A stretch of DNA of 63,319 bases, the filler included, from Guillardia theta CCMP2712 (Eukaryota > Protista > Cryptophyta), in NCBI RefSeq assembly GCF_000315625.1. It is 5 parts of 5 records of this genome, joined end to end, with 100 filler letters (N's around TTAATTAATTAA, not from the genome) between each part and the next. Parts side by side here need not be neighbours in the genome. Positions count along the whole stretch, not along the records: positions 28,678 to 58,769 come from NW_005434585.1; positions 58,870 to 61,418 come from NW_005434078.1; 3 more parts are not named here. One strand, written 5' to 3'. Positions 51,087-59,237 of this stretch are shown here, one piece after another. The notes under the pieces were generated by a model that ran no database searches, had not been told where the DNA came from, and saw only the letters and a program-made list of their open reading frames with translations. The position numbers and the translations under genes are program-made. Every line of letters starts with the position of its first letter. The stretch's first letter is position 1.

Positions 51087-53483
51087 AAGGCGCCGTTATT
51101 TTCGGCAGCCTGCAGGCGCCGTTATTTTCGGCAGCAGGCGCCGTTATTTTCGGCAGCATGGCTCCTTGCCAGGTGTAGCCTCCGGGAAGCCGCCAGGGCG
51201 CCAAGGAAGCTGCAAGCGAGAGGTTTGTATACTTCAAATAGCTTTCTAAGTATGGTTCTTCAGTATGATGAAAATGTTCGCAACCTGCTGTATCGGAGAT
51301 CATGCCAATACACGGCGGCAGAGCGGACTTGTGGATGCCTCTGTCCTCGAAGCTGATCTCGTCGCGAGGGTGAAGAGCTTCGCGAAGCGGTATCCGAACA
51401 GCAGGACAGCCCAGGCTTGCAAGGCTGTGGAGGGATGCACCCCCGACGCTATCGCAGAAGCCATCCGCTCGACATGTCAGCAGGCACGACGTGAGCTTCT
51501 ACAAGAAGCGATGACTGGATGGAGTGACGCATCCAGAGAGTGGTTTATGCAGCAGATTGAAGAAGCCAAGAAGGAGAAGGTCGAGACATACACCGCCTCA
51601 GCAGGCAACGAGGTGACTTCCTTCATCTCCATGACTCTCCTGGGCATCTCCTCGGTGTATGTCAACCATGAAGAGAAGCTGAAGAAGAAATTTGAAGAGA
51701 TCGGACTGATCGTAGACTCAGTGCAAGAGAGTAAAGCAATCATGTGGAAGGCTCCGTATAGACCCGAGATAGCGAGTGCTGAGGAGATCCCGGTGACTGT
51801 TTCCTTCCTCCGCAATGCACAAGCGGAGAAGCTCTGGCAGGGAAGAGAGGACTTCGCGATCGATGGTCGCAAGTTCACAGCTGTACATGTGAGCATCGTG
51901 CACGATAGATCTTTCAAGATTCGAGCCAAGAGAGGACCCTGGGGCAAAGGGGGCAGCTTGGCAGAGCTGACTCACCTGCTAACCTTGGGCGGCATGACAA
52001 CGGCTGAGATAGCTGCCGTCTATCGCTATCAGCTGCTGCGCCAGTCCCTTGCAGCGGTCCAACTCCAGCCGCTGGCAGGCATGCTGGTCGCTGGGGCGCC
52101 AGGACAGCAAGTCCACAAAGGCTTAGGTCAGAAAGGCTTCATCGCTGTAGGGGCCAACGTCATCTGGAGACAGAGGGAGGTGGAGTGGATCGTCTCCTCG
52201 AGCTGCCCAGAGGCGAATGATACAGCATTTCGAGCTTTCCGAGAGAGCGAAGCGATGGAGGGAGTACACCTGACTCTGTTCAGCGAGGACCCGAAGATCA
52301 GAGAGGCGCTCGCAGTCGAGTTGACAGCTGATCGCTTTGTGTCCAGAAATAAGTTGAAGAAGGCATCAAGGATGCAGAAGAAGGCAGGCGGCAAGGACGG
52401 CAAGGAGATCAAGATCATCATCAAGTCGACGGCGGCATCTGGTCGCTTCACGAGGAAGGAGATGGAGGGGCTGTGCAACGGCGGCAACACGTCTATCGCA
52501 AGAGTCAAGAGAGTCTTGTTGGAGATCGCTAACAGGCTCGAGATCAACGTTGAAGGCATCGACATGGAGGAGGATTTGAACACCAAGTCCTGGAACGGGT
52601 CCAAGCTATGCATCCTCCTTGGCTCCACGGAGGATGCTCGACGCATGATGAAGGAGCTGCCCTTCTATCTCGAAGGCGCAGCAACCAAGCTCGAAGCAGT
52701 CGGCTTCGACAAGGAGCCTGACTCTGAGGCGGCTGGTCAGCGGGGCACCAGCGACGCAGCGCAGCGACAGGAGGAGAGCGAGGGAGAGTGGCTGGAGTTT
52801 ACAGACCTGGAGAGGATCACAACTTGTGGAGGCAGCATCTCCGTCAAGCCAAGAGGACATGCAGCTCGTCAGCGAGCTGTCAGCAGTCATCGAAGATGCA
52901 GCTTCTTTGAACGAGGCGGGGACGAGCGAGCCGATCAAGCTGGTCCTGGACAAGGCCGTTGGCAACCTCCACGACACCTTCTACTCTCCGGGGAGCCTGG
53001 AGTTCATGTCGCTGGGAGAGTGGGCGAAGATGCCAGAGGAGCAGGGAGTTGGGCGCAACGTTCTCAAGGAGAAGCTGGGGAAGTGGCTGCAGAGCAAGCG
53101 CTGGAGGCCAAGGTGAGGAGAGGCAACTCTCCTGACTGAGCTGAGGAAGCTGAATGGAGGTAGAGTAGGTGGCGACCGAAGGCCAAGGTGAGGAGAGGCA
53201 ACTCTTCTGACTGAGGCTGAGGAAGCTGAATGGAGGTAGAGTAGGTGGTGACCGAAGGCCAAGGTGAGGAGAGGCAACTCTCCTGACTGAGGCTGAGGAA
53301 GCCAAGAGAAGACAGCAGAAGTAGAGAGTAGAAAGACGCCTCAGAAGCAGGGTTCGCTTTGTAGGCCGTGTACTCCCAGTGCTCGAGCGCCTCTTTAGAC
53401 TAGGATCAAATTGCATAAGCCCACAACGAGGCCGAGCAACATTCTAGCATTCTAATAAACTCACATAATAATAATAATAATAA
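51087..53483 (+). mobile_element. element A copy 1: RT-less ORF1-type non-LTR derivative with (TAA)6 tail
   Basis: ORF 51265-53139 has a 4-bp insertion CTTG at 52823-52826 and a C-terminal deletion versus A2. Also 75/76-bp 3' repeats, AATAAA, and a tail at 53466-53483. Confidence 0.85.
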
Positions 53484-53508
53484 TAGGGTTTAGGGTTTAG
53501 GGTTTAGG
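53484..53508 (+). repeat. interstitial telomeric repeat (TTTAGGG)n
   Basis: About 3.5 units. Confidence 0.95.
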
Positions 53509-53773
53509 AGGCGCCGTTATTTTCCGCTCAGAGCAATCAACACACCCTCATCCTGTTATACCTCGACTTTGCAAACTTTTTTAACAACGTGGCAGTCGAA
53601 TCCATCGCAAAAATCATGGAAGTATATGGCTTCCATCAGCGTGATGTAGACGTGGTAATCAGCTGCAGCAAAGGGATAGCATTGCAGATTCAAGAGAAGA
53701 CAGCAGAAGTAGAGAGTAGAAAGACGCCTCAGAAGCAGGGTTCGCATCGTAGGCCGTGTACTCCCAGTGCTCG
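53509..53773 (+). mobile_element. element B copy 2 (mini derivative with in-frame RT motif-A fragment)
   Basis: The frame from 53529 reads QSNQHTLILLYLDFANFFNNVAVESIAKIMEVYGF. Confidence 0.8.
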
Positions 53774-53803
53774 AGGGTTTAGGGTTTAGGGTTTAGGGTT
53801 TAG
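53774..53803 (+). repeat. interstitial telomeric repeat (TTTAGGG)n
   Basis: About 4 units. Confidence 0.95.
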
Positions 53804-55329
53804 CCGGGGATGGATCGACTGAACCGGGGATGGATCGACTGAACCGGGGAGGGATCGACTGAACCGGGGATGGATCGACTGAAAATATGGCCGGGGATGG
53901 ATCGACTGAAAATATGGGATAAGATAATCAGAGAAGAACAACTGGAACGGAGGAGGAAAGAAGCCCCCCTTACCTTGACGGAAACCTTTCTCCTGGAACC
54001 ACAAGTGGGCAGAAGGATCCTAGGTCGAGCCTTACAGAGGTGTCGAGGATCAGTACTTCGGACAGCCATCCAAGCTATTACCTGGTCAGCACCTACGAGG
54101 AAAAAGCTGTTCCAGTGGAAGAAGACGACATCCCCCTGTTGCCCATGGTGCGAAGGCAGGGAAGAAAGCTGGGTGCATATCCAGCTAGCCTGCAAAGAAT
54201 TTGAGCTCATGATCGCTTTGGCACACAACAGAGTAATGGAGACAATCAAGGGATGCCTGACAGAAAGCTGGAAGAAGAAAAGTGTTGAACAGGAGAGTTG
54301 GTGGCAAACGCCAATCAACTCTATGACAGGGCTAGGACTGACTGCACCAGAGCACGGCAATCTTATACCAGATGGGCTCTGCTACTTCAGAGGGAGCAAT
54401 CGCATTGTGCTGGTGGAGATAGCAAGAACTTCAGAGTTCACGGGCGAGGGAAGCAGTCTGGCAAACCTGAAAGCAAAGTTTCAGGAGAAAGAACAGAAAT
54501 ATGCAGCACTGCGGGCAGAGATGACAAGTAGGAGCGACAACACAGAGGTCATACAAGCCACGTTCATTGCAGGAGTGAGAGGCAGTATTATGGAGCGGGA
54601 ATGGACCACAAATTTCCGGAACTTGCTCATGGACGAGGATATGAATGACAGAGCCATGACCAAGATAGTCATCCAGCTGCTCGAAGTGCAACACATGCTG
54701 TGGACCTCAAGGAGACGAGGAGACACGACCAACAGCCTGAGAGAACAAGCATGAAGGATATAAGATGGTTGGAAGATGAAGGGGTAAATATCAACGAGGA
54801 CAGATCACAAGGGAAGCCTCAAAAGCTAGCAACCAGGATCAGCATGGCTGGGAAGGGGCAAGGACACAGAAGACAGATGGAAGACGAAAGGGCAACGGTC
54901 AACGGACAGACCGAAGGTGAAGCCTCATAGGCGAAAAACAACCAACATGGCAAGGAAGGGGCAAGGACACAGGAGACAGATGGATGACGACAGGGGAAAG
55001 GTCAACAAGGACAGACTGACGGGGAAGCTTCACAGGCGGCAGGCGGGGAAGGGACATGGACTTAGCGCAAAAACTGGACAGGTGGACGGTTACACTGAAA
55101 CCGTCAACCCGGGCCCGGAGGAGACACGGCCGCACCGGCGGCTCGGAACTGAGGAGTATGGAAACAACAGAAACAGCGAAACAACGATAGAACCCTGGAT
55201 GCCACAACGGGCCATCCAAGAAGGGCCGCTCTGCCAAGCGTGAGAACCCATTTAGACTAGACTAGACCGGGAAGGTACCCGATGCGACTACTCTAGCATT
55301 CTAATAAAATCGACTACTACTACTACTAC
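53804..55329 (+). mobile_element. element C: 5'-truncated RLE-type non-LTR retrotransposon with (TAC)5 tail
   Basis: ORF 53870-54754 has the CCHC knuckle CPWC-x7-H-x4-C, AHN, PDGL..VLVE..KEQKY and GVRG, the C-terminus of R2-like restriction-like-endonuclease elements. 3'UTR with AATAAA; tail at 55315-55329. Confidence 0.88.
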
Positions 55330-55378
55330 TAGGGTTTAGGGTTTAGGGTTTGCTGAGGGTTGAGGGTTTAGGGTTTAG
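55330..55378 (+). repeat. interstitial telomeric repeat with GCTG interruption and a TTGAGGG variant
   Basis: Directly visible. Confidence 0.95.
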
Positions 55379-58068
55379 AAGGCGCCGTTATTTTCGGCAG
55401 CCTGCAGGCGCCGTTATTTTCGGCAGCAGGCGCCGTTATTTTCGGCAGCATGGCTCCTTGCCAGGTGTAGGGGAAGCCGCCAGGGCGCCAAGGAAGCTGC
55501 AAGCGAGAGGTTTGTATACTTCAAATAGCTTTCTAAGTATGGTTCTTCAGTATGATGAAAATGTTCGCAACCTGCTGTATCGGAGATCATGCCAATACAC
55601 GGCGGCAGAGCGGACTTGTGGATGCCTCTGTCCTCGAAGCTGATCTCGTCGCGAGGGTGAAGAGCTTCGCGAAGCGGTATCCGAACAGCAGGACAGCCCA
55701 GGCTTGCAAGGCTGTGGAGGGATGCACCCCCGACGCTATCGCAGAAGCCATCCGCTCGACATGTCAGCAGGCACGACGTGAGCTTCTACAAGAAGCGATG
55801 ACTGGATGGAGTGACGCATCCAGAGAGTGGTTTATGCAGCAGATTGAAGAAGCCAAGAAGGAGAAGGTCGAGACATACACCGCCTCAGCAGGCAACGAGG
55901 TGACTTCCTTCATCTCCATGACTCTCCTGGGCATCTCCTCGGTGTATGTCAACCATGAAGAGAAGCTGAAGAAGAAATTTGAAGAGATCGGACTGATCGT
56001 AGACTCAGTGCAAGAGAGTAAAGCAATCATGTGGAAGGCTCCGTATAGACCCGAGATAGCGAATGCACAAGCGGAGAAGCTCTGGCAGGGAAGAGAGGAC
56101 TTCGCGATCGATGGTCGCAAGTTCACAGCTGTACATGTGAGCATCGTGCACGATCGATCTTTCAAGATTCGAGCCAAGAGAGGACCCTGGGGCAAAGGGG
56201 GCAGCTTGGCAGAGCTGACTCACCTGCTAACCTTGGGCGGCATGACAACGGCTGAGATAGCTGCCGTCTATCGCTATCAGCTGCTGCGCCAGTCCCTTGC
56301 AGCGGTCCAACTCCAGCCGCTGGCAGGCATGCTGGTCGCTGGGGCGCCAGGACAGCAAGTCCACAAAGGCTTAGGTCAGAAAGGCTTCATCGCTGTAGGG
56401 GCCAACGTCATCTGGAGACAGAGGGAGGTGGAGTGGATCGTCTCCTCGAGCTGCCCAGAGGCGAATGATACAGCATTTCGAGCTTTCCGAGAGAGCGAAG
56501 CGATGGAGGGAGTACACCTGACTCTGTTCAGCGAGGACCCGAAGATCAGAGAGGCGCTCGCAGTCGAGTTGACAGCTGATCGCTTTGTGTCCAGAAATAA
56601 GTTGAAGAAGGCATCAAGACTGCAGAAGAAGGCAGGCGGCAAGGACGGCAAGGAGATCAAGATCATCATCAAGTCGACGGCGGCATCTGGTCGCTTCACG
56701 AGGAAGGAGATGGAGGGGCTGTGCAACGGCGGCAACACGTCTATCGCAAGAGTCAAGAGAGTCTTGTTGGAGATCGCTAACAGGCTCGAGATCAACGTTG
56801 AAGGCATCGACATGGAGGAGGATTTGAACACCAAGTCCTGGAACGGGTCCAAGCTATGCATCCTCCTCGGCTCCACGGAGGATGCTCGACGCATGATGAA
56901 GGAGCTGCCCTTCTATCTCGAAGGCGCAGCAACCAAGCTCGAAGCAGTCGGCTTCGACAAGGAGCCTGACTCTGAGGCGGCTGGTCAGCGGGGCACCAGC
57001 GACGCAGCGCAGCGACAGGAGGAGAGCGAGGGAGAGTGGCTGGAGTTTACAGACCTGGAGAGGATCACAATGGAGGCAGCATCTCAGTCAAGCCAAGAGG
57101 ACATGCAGCTCGTCAGCGAGCTGTCAGCAGTCATCGAAGATGCAGCTTCTTTGAACGAGGCAGGGACGAGCGAGCCGATCAAGCTGGTCCTGGACAAGGC
57201 CGTTGGCAACCTCCACGACACCTTCTACTCTCCGGGGAGCCTGGAGTTCATGTCGCTGGGAGAGTGGGCGAAGATGCCAGAGGAGCAGGGAGTGGGGCGC
57301 AACGTTCTCAAGGAGAAGCTGGGGAAGTGGCTGCAGAGCAAGCGCTGGACTCGCGTGCAAGGAGAGAGCAAGAAGGCAAGGAGGGGCAGCGCGTTCTCGC
57401 CACGGGCAACGGCAGCTGCTGAGCTTGAGCAGGAGGCGGAGAGCGACGACATAGAGCGTCGATCTCTTAGCTTCCTGTTCATAGCACTGAGTAAATTCGC
57501 AGAGATGCATGTGCTGGCCTGCTCGCTGAAGGTGGACAAGAAGGACCGACTGCGGGTGGAGATGAGGGAAGATGACGAAGAAGAGGAAGACAGTGGAGGA
57601 AGAGCAAGGCGAGGGCGAGGAAGAAGACGGGGCGAGCCCGTACCGAGCTTGAGCTGAGCCCAAGGTAAGGAGAGAAGGTAGGAGGCGACCGAAGGCCAAG
57701 GTGAGGAGAGGCAACTCTCCTGACTGAGCTGAGGAAGCTGAATGGAGGAGGAGTAGGTGGCGACCGAAGGCCAAGGTGAGGAGAGGCAACTCTCCTGACT
57801 GAGGCTGAGGAAGCTGAATGGAGGTAGAGTAGGTGGCGACCGAAGGCCAAGGTGAGGAGAGGCAACTCTCCTGACTGAGGCTGAGGAAGCCAAGAGAAGA
57901 CAGCAGAAGTAGAAAGTAGAAAGACGCCTCAGAAGCAGGGTTCGCATTGTAGGCCGTGTACTCCCAGTGCTCGAGCGCCTCTTTAGACTAGGATCAAATT
58001 GCATAAGCCCACAACGAGGCCGAGCAACATTCTAGCATTCTAATAAACTCACATAATAATAATAATAA
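55379..58068 (+). mobile_element. element A copy 2 (most complete; 701-aa ORF 55552-57657; (TAA)5 tail)
   Basis: Near-identical to A1, with a 39-bp in-frame deletion versus A1. Tail at 58054-58068. Confidence 0.88.
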
Positions 58069-58113
58069 TAGGGTTTAGGGTTTAGGGTTTAGGGTTTAGG
58101 GTTTAGGGTTTAG
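58069..58113 (+). repeat. interstitial telomeric repeat (TTTAGGG)n
   Basis: About 6 units. Confidence 0.97.
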
Positions 58114-58769
58114 AGAGGCGCCGTTATTTTCGGCAGCATGGCTCCTTGCCAGGTGTAGGGGAAGCCGCCAGGGCGCCAAGGAAGCTGCAAGCGAGAGGTT
58201 TGTATACTTCAAATAGCTTTCTAAGTATGGTTCTTCAGTATGATGAAAATGTTCGCAACCTGCTGTATCGGAGATCATGCCAATACACGCAGAGCGGACT
58301 TGTGGATGCCTCTGTCCTCGAAGCTGATCTCGTCGAGAGGGTGAAGAGCTTCGCGAAGCGTTATCCGAACAGCAGGACAGCCCAGGCTTGCAAGGCTGTG
58401 GAGGGATGCACCCCCGACGCTATCGCAGAAGCCATCCGCTCGACATGTCAGCAGGCACGACGTGAGCTTCTGCAAGAAGCGATGACTGGATGGAGTGACG
58501 CATCCAGAGAGTGGTTTATGCAGCAGATTGAAGAAGCCAAGAAGGAGAAGGTCGAGACATACACCGCCTCAGCAGGCAACGAGGTGACTTCCTTCATCTC
58601 CATGACTCTCCTGGGCATCTCCTCGGTGTATGTCAACCATGAAGAGAAGCTGAAGAAGAAATTTGAAGAGATCGGACTGATCGTAGACTCAGTGCAAGAG
58701 AGTAAAGCAATCATGTGGAAGGCTCCGTATAGACCCGAGATAGCGAGTGCTGAGGAGATCCCGGTGACT
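58114..58769 (+). mobile_element. element A copy 3 (5' part, cut by gap)
   Basis: Same 5' tip (single copy) and same ORF N-terminus. Confidence 0.88.
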
Positions 58770-58869
58770 NNNNNNNNNNNNNNNNNNNNNNNNNNNNNNN
58801 NNNNNNNNNNNNNTTAATTAATTAANNNNNNNNNNNNNNNNNNNNNNNNNNNNNNNNNNNNNNNNNNNN
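58770..58869. other. artificial assembly gap/linker
   Basis: N-run with TTAATTAATTAA. Confidence 0.97.
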
Positions 58870-59123
58870 GTGGAAGAGGAGGAGGAGGAGGAGGAATGTT
58901 TGTGATGAATTTTCAGGCTTCAAGTCTCGGTTTCAAGGAAAAATGAACAAAGATTTAACGATCTTGGCGTCTAAAGCTGATGATCCAGAAAAGGTCAGGA
59001 TGATTATCTTGCTCCTTCTGCTCTTTCTCCTGCTTCTGCTTCTGCTGCTGCTTCTGCTCCTGCTCCTCGCCTTTTGATTCTTCCTTCTCGTCCTTGTCCT
59101 TCTGTTTTCCTTTGCTCTGTCTC

Positions 59124-59237
59124 TCGTCCTCGTCCTCCTCGTCCTCCTCGTCCTCCTCGTCCTCCTCGTCCTCCTCCTCGTCCTCCTCGTCCTCCTCGTC
59201 CTCCTCGTCCTCCTCCTCCTCCTCCTCCTCCTCCTCC
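59124..59237. repeat. (TCCTCGTCC)n/(TCC)n repeat, possibly an acidic D/E tract on the minus strand
   Basis: Directly visible; coding status uncertain. Confidence 0.7.

Noticed and set aside
51477-52977. Antisense ORFs within element A, RPB2 and CFAP57
   Set aside because: Shadow frames of GC-rich coding sequence with no motifs.
53804-53917. 20-bp (and 39-bp, 75-bp) repeats as a CRISPR array
   Set aside because: No unique spacers, no cas genes, and a eukaryotic context.
55420-55505. HDV-like ribozyme at the 5' end of element A (GGCAGCATGGCTCC)
   Set aside because: A stem-loop is possible (GCAGC/GCTGC, TCCTTG/CAAGGA), but the nested pseudoknot elements P1.1, P3 and L3 could not be assigned.
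50007-58769. Penelope/Athena-type terminal retroelements or LTR elements
   Set aside because: The endonuclease is RLE-type rather than GIY-YIG, there are no LTRs or integrase, and the sense strand lies on the G-rich strand, opposite to end-primed elements.
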